Origin: Thermoplasmata archaeon
Lineage (GTDB): Archaea > Thermoplasmatota > Thermoplasmata > Thermoplasmatales > GCA-001856825
DNA length: 64,000 bases
Assembly (NCBI GenBank): GCA_021792255.1
Contig: JAJYUZ010000003.1
Location: 224,001-288,000 of the forward strand
Direction: 5' to 3'
Part shown: positions 40,403 to 51,054 of the stretch, piece by piece
Position numbering within the stretch: the stretch's first letter is position 1
How the letters are laid out: each line of letters opens with the position of its first letter
Notes under the pieces: generated by a model
The model's input: only the letters and a program-made list of their open reading frames with translations
Told to the model about the DNA's origin: nothing
Database searches by the model: none
Translations under genes and position numbers: made by a program

Positions 40403-40496
40403 AATACCACCTCGGTACGAATTAATGTGCGTAGCATTGTCACTATCATAAACTTCATTCACCACTGTTATGGAACAAACTGACCGCGCCGAATCA

Positions 40497-41099
40497 TTAC
40501 TTGAGCAACCTAGCTCTGACAAGAGACCTCAGCGGAACTCCGTCGATTTCGTCCTTTACCGTTTTGTTCGTTAGAACCACGACAAGTATTGGGTTTCCTT
40601 TCTCCTTCTTTACTGCGCTCAGTGCTTTGGAAATTGTTTCCCCAGTGCTCACAACATCATCGACCAGCACGACGTTCTTTCCGGAGATATCGGCGTAGTT
40701 ACTAGAAAATGTTCCCTCTCCCTTTGTGGTTATTGATCGGTAAATTCCGAGTTCCGTTCCGAGAATGTCAGAAAGGAAGGTTGCATAGGGTATTCCATTG
40801 ATCGTTATACCGACAATAGTGTCTATTTCCTTCTCCAGTCTCTGAGTTTCTTCCTCAATTATATCTGCCATTATTTCGGCAATATTGTAGATTCTGTTTG
40901 AATAGACCCCGATGCTTCTCCACCCTATCTTGACATCCCCGGGAGCCTTCTCAATCTTCGATTCGCCGCTGAGCAACCAAATTATGGTATTAACGGAAAG
41001 GTGCATCTCGGTAGCAATATCTTTGTCATTCATCCCTTTCTGCTTGAGTTGTTTTGCAGACTCTGCTAGTTCTTCGATACTCTTCATATTTATCACCAT
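40497..41099 (-). CDS. gfcR: GfcR-type regulator (HTH plus orotate phosphoribosyltransferase-like domain)
   Basis: N-terminal HTH IATEMHLS, DVKIGWRSIG, PRPP motif VLVDDVVSTG. Confidence 0.8.
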   Translation of the reverse strand: MVINMKSIEELAESAKQLKQKGMNDKDIATEMHLSVNTIIWLLSGESKIEKAPGDVKIGWRSIGVYSNRIYNIAEIMADIIEEETQRLEKEIDTIVGITINGIPYATFLSDILGTELGIYRSITTKGEGTFSSNYADISGKNVVLVDDVVSTGETISKALSAVKKEKGNPILVVVLTNKTVKDEIDGVPLRSLVRARLLK

Positions 41100-41271
41100 T
41101 CAGCACTCATAGGGGTCATCACAGCCTTAGCTCAGCTGACCCTTATATCATCACACATTCCAATATGTATTAAGAATATAAACTCTTTTTTGGGGATGAA
41201 TCACTAAGAGCCTTGCTTTTGGCATCTGTATTGCGCTCTAATTCAATTTATAGCCGTAGAGGAGGTGAGGG

Positions 41272-42744
41272 ATGTACAGTGCTTATGCACTATGGCACAC
41301 AGCTAAAATATCAGCAGGTGATGTTCAGAGCGTGCACACTGTTTTGGACTCAAGAATTTTGGACGCTAACGCGCAGTTTTCGGGGGTCAACATGGAAGCA
41401 CTCATGAATCGTGCAGGTCGAGCAGTGGCTAAACTAGTCAAATCGTTGAACCCAAAGAGGGTACTGATCGTCTGCGGAAGAGGAAACAACGGAGGAGATG
41501 GATACATGGCTGCGTCTATCTTGAGAAAGGATGGAATCTCAGTAGATTGTTATCCAGCTTCCACCCCTTCAAGCGATCTTTGCAAGAAGAAACACGACGC
41601 CTTCCTCAAGATTGGAGGAAATGTCGTGAAATCATTAGACGGACAGAAATACGATCTGATAGTGGACGCACTCCTGGGAGTCGGAGTGTCTGGACCACCA
41701 AGGGAACCATACGCCTCGATCATAAAACGACTGAACAAGTCAGGCGTGAAAATACTCTCTGTCGACGTTCCATCTGGATTCCCTTCGAACAACGTGGTTA
41801 AACCGCAATTTACGGTCTCTATGCAGTTCCAGAAGGAAGGAATGACAAGATCCAATAGTGGAAAGATCGTGGTGTCAGATGTCGGTTTCACGAAGGACGT
41901 GATCGATATGATAGGTCCTGGAGATATGATTGCTTTCCCTTCTTCTCCTAAGTATTCCCACAAGGGAGAGAACGGAATATGCGTATTGGTGGGAGGGAGC
42001 AAGAAGTATTACGGCGCCCCGCTTTACATGGCAGAATCGGCACTTCGGATGGGACCAGATCTCGTGAACTTATTCACGCCGTCCAGCATTCACGAATACG
42101 TAGCTTCCAACTGTCAAGGCATAATACTTGGAAAATCAGGAATTGTCGATATTGAATTCAATTATGATCTCATGAAAATTCTCAAGGAGAGGGCAGATTC
42201 TCTCGCGATAGGACCGGGGATTTCCAAGAGCCCAAAAGCACTGGAAGAGGCATCCAAGATAATAGATTTCACTCTTTCTCAGAAGAAGCGCATGGTAATT
42301 GATGCGGATGCCCTAGAAGCAACAAGAAATATCAGTGACTTTGAGAGAAATACTGTTCTAACTCCGCACAGGGGAGAGTTCAGATCGACATTCGGCCTAG
42401 ATCCCACAGAAGAAAATGCAAAGAAAGTCGCTAGAAAGATCAATGCCGTGATACTCTTGAAGGGTGAGATTGACATTGTGACAGATGGAGAGATCCTGAA
42501 GAAAAACAAGTCCTTCCATCATCAGAGCATGACGCGGGGAGGGACTGGAGATCTTGTCACGGGATCCGTCGCCGGGATACTGGCGAGAAAGGTCGACCCC
42601 CTGCACTCTGCATTCCTGGCATCCTATATCGTAGGGCAAGCCGGCCTGACCGCATTCACGAGGATGGGATATGGCTATTTCACATCTGACCTATTGGCCA
42701 TAATGCCTGAAATTTTGGTTTCTGGCATAAAACAAAATTCATAA
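41272..42744 (+). CDS. nnr: bifunctional NAD(P)HX epimerase/dehydratase (true start probably slightly downstream)
   Basis: GRGNNGGDG, DALLGVG, VDVPSG; SHKGENG, IDADAL, TPHRGEF, GGTGD. Confidence 0.92.
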   Translation: MYSAYALWHTAKISAGDVQSVHTVLDSRILDANAQFSGVNMEALMNRAGRAVAKLVKSLNPKRVLIVCGRGNNGGDGYMAASILRKDGISVDCYPASTPSSDLCKKKHDAFLKIGGNVVKSLDGQKYDLIVDALLGVGVSGPPREPYASIIKRLNKSGVKILSVDVPSGFPSNNVVKPQFTVSMQFQKEGMTRSNSGKIVVSDVGFTKDVIDMIGPGDMIAFPSSPKYSHKGENGICVLVGGSKKYYGAPLYMAESALRMGPDLVNLFTPSSIHEYVASNCQGIILGKSGIVDIEFNYDLMKILKERADSLAIGPGISKSPKALEEASKIIDFTLSQKKRMVIDADALEATRNISDFERNTVLTPHRGEFRSTFGLDPTEENAKKVARKINAVILLKGEIDIVTDGEILKKNKSFHHQSMTRGGTGDLVTGSVAGILARKVDPLHSAFLASYIVGQAGLTAFTRMGYGYFTSDLLAIMPEILVSGIKQNS

Positions 42745-42765
42745 CCAAGCTAACAATCGGTTATT

Positions 42766-43866
42766 ATGGTGTCGGTAGGAGAGATAATGACCACAAAACT
42801 GATTACACTGACTACCGAAGACTTCATTTCTATTGCAATCGCGAAGATGAGCGACAACAAAGTGCACCATATCCCCGTTGTTGACGGGAAGGGGGAGTAT
42901 GTTGGCATGTTAGATTACAATCTCCTCTACAAGAGGGAATCCATACCTGTCACGACTAAAGTGAAGACCGTAATGGAAAGAACTACCTCTATCTCAGCCG
43001 ATGCATCCGTCGCCGAAGCTGCAAGGCTAATGATTGACAGCGGATTGAAGGCACTGCCGGTTAGTGAGAAGAACAAGATAAAGGGAATCGTAACTTCGAC
43101 TGATATAGTTCATTCCATAAATTCCATTCCAGAAGTGGCAAATCTTCTCGCTTCAGATATAATGTCTGGAGAACCCATTACGGTCACCGAAGATGATGAT
43201 CTGGTCGAAGCACTTAGAAAAATGAGGGATATCGATGAGACGAGCATACCAGTGGTGAACGATGAAGGAAGAGTCACTGGTATGGTGAACATCAACGACA
43301 TTAGCAAAGAACTTTGGAGGGAAAGAGGGAGGATGAGGCAGGGTGAATATTACAGGAACAAGGCCAGACCGTCCGTCAAGGACGTCATGGTTGCCCCCCT
43401 CGTGACCAACCCGAACAAGAAACTGTCGTCGTGCATGAAAGACCTGATTGATTCAGAAGCGAGGGTATGCACAGTGGTCGATGAGAACATGATGCCAGAG
43501 GGTGTGATAAGTCAGGGCGACATACTCGGAGAAATCGTCAAAGGCTTCACTGGCGGATCTGTCCTAGTCAACCTGTCGGGCGCAAGATTTGACGACCCTG
43601 AGGTGTATGACAAGCTATATTCGATTATCGAAAAATCTGCAAAATCGATTGCGAAGTTCAAGCGCATGAAGCCCATGCTCATAAACGTCCACATAGAGGA
43701 ATACAATCAAACGGGGAAGGAGATCAAGTACTCAATAAGAGGAAAAATGGTCACCGAGTCTAAGACATTCTTCACTAGGAGCTGGGATTGGAATATCTTC
43801 AGAGCCGTCAAAGAACTTATGGGCCAGTTCGAGAAAATGGTCCAGAAAAATAAGAACTATAAATAG
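42766..43866 (+). CDS. 4xCBS protein with C-terminal HPF/RaiA-like domain (candidate ribosome hibernation factor)
   Basis: Four CBS repeats followed by VHIEEY...YSIRGKMVT...WDWNIFRAVKELMGQFEK. Confidence 0.7.
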   Translation: MVSVGEIMTTKLITLTTEDFISIAIAKMSDNKVHHIPVVDGKGEYVGMLDYNLLYKRESIPVTTKVKTVMERTTSISADASVAEAARLMIDSGLKALPVSEKNKIKGIVTSTDIVHSINSIPEVANLLASDIMSGEPITVTEDDDLVEALRKMRDIDETSIPVVNDEGRVTGMVNINDISKELWRERGRMRQGEYYRNKARPSVKDVMVAPLVTNPNKKLSSCMKDLIDSEARVCTVVDENMMPEGVISQGDILGEIVKGFTGGSVLVNLSGARFDDPEVYDKLYSIIEKSAKSIAKFKRMKPMLINVHIEEYNQTGKEIKYSIRGKMVTESKTFFTRSWDWNIFRAVKELMGQFEKMVQKNKNYK

Positions 43867-43880
43867 ACGGGGGTGAAACT

Positions 43881-45263
43881 ATGGAAGAACTCGTAGACAA
43901 GGCGTTAGACTATGCTTCAAAGAGGTCCAAATTTGCCGAGGTAAGGTTCGCATCATCCACGAGGAATGTGGTGCTCACGAAGAACGGAACTATTTCGGCA
44001 ACTGGCTACTCGGTTGATTCTGGACTGGCAATAAGAGTGCTGGACAATTCCGTCGCATTCTCTTCGATAAACATACCTGAATGGAACCGAGTCAGAGACG
44101 AAATTGATAGAGCCTTGATGATGGCAAAGAAACATGGCAGGAACAGATTTTCTAACGAAAATCCAGTAAAGGATTCTTGGCAGGTAGACCAAATAAAAAG
44201 AATAGAAGACGTATCGTTCGAGGAGAGGGTCTCCCAGTTAAAGGGAATAGACAACCTATTGATCGATGAGAAAATTTCGATGAGAATACTGGCCCTGAAT
44301 GACAATGTGGAAGAAGAGTACAATGTCAACTCTGAGGGCCTATCGCTCAGGTCAAAACTTCCGAAAATTTCTTTCTTTGCAATGATCGGATTCATGGAGA
44401 ATGGCAATTTTGAGCAGGGAACCGTAGAACTTGGATATTCAGGAGGATACGAAGCACTTGGCGAATGGAAACTCGACAAAAGAGTGAAACACGAATCGGA
44501 CGTGCTAAAGAGCGCAGCGAGAGCAAAGAAACTGAAGGATGGCGTGTACGACTTGGTAGCTGGTCCGGAAATATCAGGCATCGTCGCACACGAAAGCTGC
44601 GGTCATCCGACAGAATCTGACAGGATATTAGGAAGGGAGATGGCTCAGGCAGGCGAGTCCTTCATTAAGAAGAACGATAAGGGGAAGAGGGTGGGATCGG
44701 ATGTCGTGAATCTCGTAGACGACCCGACACTGGAACATAGCTTTGGGTTCTACAGATACGACAGAGATGGCGTCAAGTCGAGGAAGAGGTATCTCTACAA
44801 GAATGGATTGATCAACGAATTCCTGAGCAACAGGGAAAGCGCTGGACGCCTCGACGTGAAGAGCAACGGTGCATCGAGGTCATCGGAGTGGGACAAGGAG
44901 CCTCTTGTACGGATGAGTACTACGTACATCGAGCCTAACGATCATACCTACGAAGAGCTGATTGAAGACGTCAAGGATGGGATCTATATGAAGAGTTTCA
45001 CTGAGTGGAACATTGACGACATACGGTTCAATGAAAAGTACGTTGGAAGAGAGGCTTATCACATTCAGAATGGTGAATTGAAGGAAACGATAAAGCGACC
45101 CGTCATTGAGACCACCACGATCAACTTCTATTCTTCAATAGACGCAATAGGGAAAGATCTGGAATTTTCTGCAGGTTCCTGCGGGAAAGGAGACCCAATG
45201 CAGGGGGTTGATGTCTGGATGGGTGGCCCCCACATCAGGTTACGTAACCTGAACGTGAGGTAG
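43881..45263 (+). CDS. tldD: TldD-family metalloprotease
   Basis: HESCGHPTE (HExxGHxxE), RMSTTY, CGKGDPMQ. Confidence 0.9.
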   Translation: MEELVDKALDYASKRSKFAEVRFASSTRNVVLTKNGTISATGYSVDSGLAIRVLDNSVAFSSINIPEWNRVRDEIDRALMMAKKHGRNRFSNENPVKDSWQVDQIKRIEDVSFEERVSQLKGIDNLLIDEKISMRILALNDNVEEEYNVNSEGLSLRSKLPKISFFAMIGFMENGNFEQGTVELGYSGGYEALGEWKLDKRVKHESDVLKSAARAKKLKDGVYDLVAGPEISGIVAHESCGHPTESDRILGREMAQAGESFIKKNDKGKRVGSDVVNLVDDPTLEHSFGFYRYDRDGVKSRKRYLYKNGLINEFLSNRESAGRLDVKSNGASRSSEWDKEPLVRMSTTYIEPNDHTYEELIEDVKDGIYMKSFTEWNIDDIRFNEKYVGREAYHIQNGELKETIKRPVIETTTINFYSSIDAIGKDLEFSAGSCGKGDPMQGVDVWMGGPHIRLRNLNVR

Positions 45264-46568
45264 GTGCGTATGGAAATTGAGAAGATATACGAAAAACTTG
45301 AAAAGAAAGTCGACCAAGCTGCAGTAAAACTCTCGAGATCGAGGATTACCCAGATCAGATTTTCTAATAACATGATAGACATAAGCAACGAGTGGAATGA
45401 AGAGCTGGCGTCGGTATTCCTTGCTAAGAACGGAAGGACGTTCATATTCGATCTGAAGAGTGAAAAAGACCTTGAGAAGATAGTTCCTCGCTCGCTTGCT
45501 GCGATGGAAAATATTGAAAAGAACAGTGACTTCATCAGTCTCAACGACAAGAAGAACGTTTACAGGAAAAAGAGGATAAAAAACGAAAAGTTGAGAGAAG
45601 TAGACAGCCAGGAGTTTGTGAGCGGATTCGTTGATGAACTCAAGCCATTTGTGAAGAGGTTAGGTGGGGTATTCTACAAGAAAGAAATAGTGGAGGCGAT
45701 CAAGACTCCATTCAATAGTGGAAGCGAAGAACAGTTTGGAGTTGAATTCGTATCGAGAGTCTTTAACGACCATGATTATCCAGTTCAGATTTCATTCACA
45801 AGCTCGTCTGATGACGATCTGCCAGCACTGATGAAGAGGGGGAATGAAGCACTTGGCCTTTCCAGGAGGGTCAAGAACATAAAGGATGGAAGAGAAGGGA
45901 AGTTCAATGTGATATTCAGTCCCCTGTGTTTTGCCTCACTGGTGTCTTATACCGCTCCGATGGCCTCTGCGTTTCAGATAGATTCTGGAATGTCTATGTT
46001 TGCCGATAGAATGGGTGAAAGAATAGGAAGCAGTTTGTTCACCCTGTACGACGATCCGACAGATGATTCGATGCTGAATTCAAAGACCTTCGACGATGAA
46101 GGTACCTCAACAAGAAAGACTCCTGTGATAGAGAAAGGTATAGTTAAGAATTTCCTTCACAACTTCTCAACTGCAAAGAAATATAGCGTAGAGACCACTG
46201 GAAATGCAGGGATTATCAGTCCTAGTCCCTGGCAGATTTCGGTAGAGCCTGGAAGTGAAGATGTCGATGACATGATAGCATCTACTAAAAAGGGACTTTT
46301 CATAAACAATACCTGGTACACAAGATTTCAAGACTACAGGGAAGGAATTCTATCCACTGTCCCTAGGGACGGAATATTCTATGTGGAAAACGGTGAAATA
46401 ACGGAGAGTTGGGGAGGCATCAGAATTTCCGATTCCCTCCTTCATATGTACAAGAACATCGAAGGCATTAGCAGAGAAACCGAAAAGGTGAAGTGGTGGG
46501 ATGAAACAATGCACACCAAATCTCCATATGTTGCTGTAGCTGACGTGAACATATCCAGAAGCAAGTAG
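45264..46568 (+). CDS. TldE/PmbA-family protein
   Basis: FDDEG, TTGNAG, YTRFQD; lacks HExxH; adjacent to tldD. Confidence 0.88.
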   Translation: MRMEIEKIYEKLEKKVDQAAVKLSRSRITQIRFSNNMIDISNEWNEELASVFLAKNGRTFIFDLKSEKDLEKIVPRSLAAMENIEKNSDFISLNDKKNVYRKKRIKNEKLREVDSQEFVSGFVDELKPFVKRLGGVFYKKEIVEAIKTPFNSGSEEQFGVEFVSRVFNDHDYPVQISFTSSSDDDLPALMKRGNEALGLSRRVKNIKDGREGKFNVIFSPLCFASLVSYTAPMASAFQIDSGMSMFADRMGERIGSSLFTLYDDPTDDSMLNSKTFDDEGTSTRKTPVIEKGIVKNFLHNFSTAKKYSVETTGNAGIISPSPWQISVEPGSEDVDDMIASTKKGLFINNTWYTRFQDYREGILSTVPRDGIFYVENGEITESWGGIRISDSLLHMYKNIEGISRETEKVKWWDETMHTKSPYVAVADVNISRSK

Positions 46569-46651
46569 CGAAGCTTTAAGCTTGCCAGACTCCGGTTCTC
46601 TCAACTTTTGTAACTCAGAAATGTAGATATATTAAGTTCAGTTCCTCAATT

Positions 46652-46689
46652 GCTCACTGCCCCTTGGCCCCTCCTATCGGGCAGTGAGT
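46652..46689. other. strong stem-loop (terminator or small RNA)
   Basis: CTCACTGCCC / GGGCAGTGAG 10-bp perfect stem with a 16-nt C-rich loop. Confidence 0.5.
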
Positions 46690-47044
46690 TTAAATTATCT
46701 CTGTGAATATCACAGTTGTCGGTTTAATTTTGAATTTAAGGTTCTATGACCTCCTCTTGCCTGCTGGTCTATCCATTTTTGCAAGTTTTATCCAAAAATA
46801 AAGATTGTTTGTCTCTTCCAAAGGTGCTTGACTAGACAGACAAACGTCTTCTATTTCGACTACTCTGTACTGCAGCTTTACTCCTTTCCATCCCAAGATC
46901 GGACCGCAATAACTAATGATGAGGCTCTGTACTATGACAAAAACGATTTACTCAATAAAGTTAAAAGGAAAATAGCCGATGCTGATGTTCCAAATCCGCT
47001 GAACCTGTCTCCTAATCTCGAAATGCTGGTGCCTAGTCCCTTGA

Positions 47045-47671
47045 TTATAGCAAACTCCCAAGTTTCTTGTTTGCCTCGTCCCAGTTGACTATGTGCCACC
47101 AAGCACTTACATAATCTGCTCTCTTGTTCTTGTACTGGAGATAATAAGCGTGCTCGAACTCGTCCAAAATCAGGACAATTGGCATCTCTGCGAGATGGTT
47201 CATGAAGTGATTTTCCACCGTCATGATGTTCAGATTGCTGTTCTCCTTGTCATACGTCAGGACAGCCCATCCTGTACCGGGATTTGAGTTTGCAGCCTCT
47301 GTGAATATCTTCCTGAACTTCTCATAGCTACCGTATTGCTGCTCTATCATGTCTCCGAGCTTGCCACCTGGCTTGTCTCCACCTTTGCCTTCTGGTGCCA
47401 TATTGTTCCAGTACAGCGTATGGAGCTTGTCCCCGTTAATGTTGAATGTGAGATTTCTCAATACCCCGTGAATATCATAGCTCTTTACCTCCTCCTTTAT
47501 AATTCCATTCAGCCGATCTATAAGATTATTGGCTGTATTTACATAGGCCTTATGATGGCCATTGTAGTGGACATCCACTATATCCCTGTTGATGTGGGGT
47601 TCTAGCCCGTCAATTCGGTAAGGTAGCTGGGGTAACTCATATTTATTTAATCCCTTATATTCCACCATCAA
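47045..47671 (-). CDS. sod: Fe/Mn superoxide dismutase
   Basis: [29 protein letters not shown]. Confidence 0.96.
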   Translation of the reverse strand: MMVEYKGLNKYELPQLPYRIDGLEPHINRDIVDVHYNGHHKAYVNTANNLIDRLNGIIKEEVKSYDIHGVLRNLTFNINGDKLHTLYWNNMAPEGKGGDKPGGKLGDMIEQQYGSYEKFRKIFTEAANSNPGTGWAVLTYDKENSNLNIMTVENHFMNHLAEMPIVLILDEFEHAYYLQYKNKRADYVSAWWHIVNWDEANKKLGSLL

Positions 47672-48036
47672 ATCACCGACTCAACATATGAAGGCTCGTT
47701 TTAATATTTTTGTCAAGATGTTAGGAAATCCTTTCAAAATTTCTTTGCCCTCGGCGAAAAAATTATGTACCCAAAACCTCAGTTCATAGCGAGTTTTGAT
47801 GGCAATGATGAAAGAGTGGATTTCGGATATCATTTTCGCTCTCTGAAGAATGAAACGACGTAGGATACAGTCTATCGAAATGCAGTGCAATCTCCATTAG
47901 GCTGGTACTTTCAAAATCCTTAGAATCGCTCTTAGGTATATTGACTGGTTACTCGCTGCTTGAGATTAAATCAGAGACCGGGGTATCAGACTAAAATCCC
48001 TGGAACCACTTTGGGATGGATTGTTGCTTTAACATT

Positions 48037-49164
48037 CTAGTTCTTAAGGAGAGCTTTTGCGATTACTATTTTCCTGACTTCTGTGGTTCCAGCTCCGATC
48101 TCGTAGAGTATTGCATCCCTGAGGTATCTTTCTAGCGGATATTCTTCGGAATATCCATATCCTCCAAATATCTGCAAAGCATCCTTTGTAATACTCGTGG
48201 CAGTTTCCGATGCAAGCATTATCGAAGCAGCTGCAAAGGAAGGGTCAGACACCTTCTCCTTCGCAAGGAAAGCCGCCTTGTAAGCGAGCAGTCTGGCTGC
48301 TTCTAGCCTAGTGAACATGTATGCCAGTTTTTCCTGAATGAGCTCGAACTCCCCAATCTTTTTCCCAAATTGCTCCCTCTGATTGCTGTAGTTCAGAGCT
48401 TCATCTAATGCTCTTCTTGCAATTCCAAGAGGACCAAATGCTAGAACGGCGCGTTCCGCATTAAGGCCATTGTAGATGATGCTCTTCGCTTGTCCCTCTC
48501 CTTTAATAATTCGTTCCTTTCCGACCCTTATATTCTTAAATGAGACCTCTCCAGTCGGAGAACCCCTCATGCCAAATTTCCTGATTTTCTTTGGAGTTTC
48601 GACCCCGTCTCCTCTTTCTAGGATAAATGCGGAATATGATTTTCCGTTTTTTGCATAGACCAGAAAAACGTCTGCTAGGGGGGCGTTCGTAATGAAGGTC
48701 TTTGAGCCATTTATTTCGTAACCATCTCCCTTACTTTCGTATGTGGTTCTCATGCCACCAAGCGCATCCGAACCAGCTCCAGGCTCTGTGAGGCACAATG
48801 AGCCCATTTTTTCTCCTGACACTAGTCCAGGTAAGTACTTTTCTTTTTGTTCCTTTCCTGCATTTCTGCTGATGTTGTCAGCGACCAGATTATTGTGGGC
48901 ACCATAAGAGAGCCCAAACGATCCTGAATAGTAGGATATCTCCTCCATCGCTACCCCCTCGGTAAGATAATCTAGCCCTGCACCTCCGTACTCTTCCGGT
49001 ATGGTGAGACCCAGCATCCCTAGTCTGCCCATCTCTCTGAAAATTTCAACTGGGAATTGATCTTCCCTGTCAATTCTTGCTGCGATGGGTTCTATCTTCT
49101 TCACTGCGAATTCCTTAATTAAATCTCTAATCGCAATGGTTTCATCCTTGAGTTTGAAATCCAT
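48037..49164 (-). CDS. acyl-CoA dehydrogenase (isovaleryl-CoA type)
   Basis: CLTEPGAGSD, GSKTFITN, REQFG, GGYGY, IGAGTTE. Confidence 0.92.
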   Translation of the reverse strand: MDFKLKDETIAIRDLIKEFAVKKIEPIAARIDREDQFPVEIFREMGRLGMLGLTIPEEYGGAGLDYLTEGVAMEEISYYSGSFGLSYGAHNNLVADNISRNAGKEQKEKYLPGLVSGEKMGSLCLTEPGAGSDALGGMRTTYESKGDGYEINGSKTFITNAPLADVFLVYAKNGKSYSAFILERGDGVETPKKIRKFGMRGSPTGEVSFKNIRVGKERIIKGEGQAKSIIYNGLNAERAVLAFGPLGIARRALDEALNYSNQREQFGKKIGEFELIQEKLAYMFTRLEAARLLAYKAAFLAKEKVSDPSFAAASIMLASETATSITKDALQIFGGYGYSEEYPLERYLRDAILYEIGAGTTEVRKIVIAKALLKN

Positions 49165-49254
49165 CTTCCTTCATTTCTTTATCTTTATTCCAATTAAATA
49201 ATTTCTCCGAGTGAACAAAAGATTATTAGCACCAAGAAAGTATGGAAACATTCG

Positions 49255-49989
49255 ATGGAAATAGCATTTCCAGATGTGCCTGAATATCACTTCATCCTCA
49301 GGGGATTGTATTCTGACAAGTTCGCTTCTTATCCAAAATTTCAATGCGAAGCCCTTACAGAATTTGGAGATGAACTTACTGCTGATGTTGCCTTTGTCCC
49401 TGCACCGATTGCAATCCAAAACTCGCACAACTATCTCTTCTTGAGGGCTGGAAATATTTTTTCGTATTACTCTGGTCCGCAGATCCTGTCTGCACAGCCA
49501 GACGTCAAAGAACTCTTTGTAAGTAATGATGACTTTGTCTCCGAATACTACGCAAAAATCCTCCTGAATGACGTAACTGTGAGGAAGGGAGATGGTTTTC
49601 CTGCAATCATGGAACCTAGGATCGCAATGCTGAGGGGGCTGAGCGGGTACCCGAAAATTGACTTATACGGCAAATGGAAATCAGTCGCGAACAACCTCCC
49701 TTTCCCCCTCTATTCCGGATTAATAAAGAAGTCTATTAAGGACCTGAGGGGAATCGTGGAAGGCGCAGTAAATGCATCGATAAAATATGCACTTGACAAC
49801 TCTCCTGAGATCATCAAGGATATCGCAACCATGTACGGTATCGAAAACATCGAGATGCTCAAGAGGGTGATGTTTCAGTTCATCAACAAGAATACACTCT
49901 CGATCTCCGAAGATGAGATACAATCCCTGAAAGCCCTTAATCGTGAAATGGAGACCAGAGGTTACGCTGTTTCCAGCGTGATGTTTTGA
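49255..49989 (+). CDS. MqnA/MqnD-like substrate-binding-fold protein
   Basis: DLYGKW....NLPFP and SIKYALDN resemble MqnD (DLGxxW...LPLP...SIxYA). Confidence 0.55.
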   Translation: MEIAFPDVPEYHFILRGLYSDKFASYPKFQCEALTEFGDELTADVAFVPAPIAIQNSHNYLFLRAGNIFSYYSGPQILSAQPDVKELFVSNDDFVSEYYAKILLNDVTVRKGDGFPAIMEPRIAMLRGLSGYPKIDLYGKWKSVANNLPFPLYSGLIKKSIKDLRGIVEGAVNASIKYALDNSPEIIKDIATMYGIENIEMLKRVMFQFINKNTLSISEDEIQSLKALNREMETRGYAVSSVMF

Positions 49990-50048
49990 GACTCTCAGGG
50001 TAGAGACAAAAACGTACCCTTTAATATCATTAAATTTCATGATGAACG

Positions 50049-50981
50049 ATGGAATATATCGAAGAAATTACGTCCCTTAAGGAGCAGATTTCATTCCGGG
50101 GGATGATAGATGTCCCGAGTGCAATAGACAATATCGTTATAGCGGGGATGGGGGGTTCAGGAATAGCCGGTAGGATCTTTAAGGAATTCTATACCAAGAA
50201 ACCAGTGACATTGGTCCGTTCATACGACATACCGGAGTTCGTCGGTCCGAAGACCCTATTTGTCGCAATTAGTTACTCCGGTAACACAGAAGAAACCCTA
50301 CTTGCTACCAAGAAAGCGAGAGAAAAAGGCGCCCAGATCACGGCAATTTCAACAGGAGGAAAACTCGCTGAACTTGTGAAGGACACCGTGATCGTTCCAG
50401 ACGGCTATCAACCGAGATCAGCGGTCGGTTACCTTACAATTCCTCTGCTAAGCGGTTTTGAACTGTTCAATGAGCCTGAGTTAGATGTCGCCAAAAAGTT
50501 GCTCATAAACTCGGATGTGAATGTGAATCCGTATAAGAAATTTGCAGATGAGATCTTTTCCGGGAGCAAGATCCCGGTGATATTTGGCACACCCGGATTC
50601 GATAGCGTTGCATACAGATGGAAAACTCAATTCAACGAGAACGCGAAAGTGCTCGCATACTCCACTTCATTCCCCGAACTGAATCACAATGACACTATGG
50701 CTCTTGAAAACACGTACAGGAAGGACGAATTCTACTTCTTCGTTCTGACTCACAAGCCATTGGAAAAGGAGATCGCTGACAGAATCAGGATCACTTCAAA
50801 ACTATGTAAGTTTGAAATGAAGGAAGTGGAAGGAGAGGGAACTTCGCTGTTTTCGAAAGTATTTACCCTGATACACAAGGGAGACTATATCTCGTATTTC
50901 CTTGCGCAGAAGAGAGGAGTTGACCCGAGGAACGTTGCAGTCATCGAGAATCTCAAGAATGAACTGAGAAAATCAAAATGA
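50049..50981 (+). CDS. bifunctional phosphoglucose/phosphomannose isomerase
   Basis: GMGGSG, SYSGNTEET, RWKTQFNENAK, PELNHN. Confidence 0.93.
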   Translation: MEYIEEITSLKEQISFRGMIDVPSAIDNIVIAGMGGSGIAGRIFKEFYTKKPVTLVRSYDIPEFVGPKTLFVAISYSGNTEETLLATKKAREKGAQITAISTGGKLAELVKDTVIVPDGYQPRSAVGYLTIPLLSGFELFNEPELDVAKKLLINSDVNVNPYKKFADEIFSGSKIPVIFGTPGFDSVAYRWKTQFNENAKVLAYSTSFPELNHNDTMALENTYRKDEFYFFVLTHKPLEKEIADRIRITSKLCKFEMKEVEGEGTSLFSKVFTLIHKGDYISYFLAQKRGVDPRNVAVIENLKNELRKSK

Positions 50982-51054
50982 CTTTTGTGCTGTGAAGCTA
51001 GAAGAGAATTCATTCGATATGCCGCCTAGGACTTAACATAATTATAAATATGTC

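Noticed and set aside
40403-40522. N-terminal 40 aa of LysRS in the ORF track
   Set aside because: Overlaps the gfcR end and putative promoter, and does not resemble LysRS
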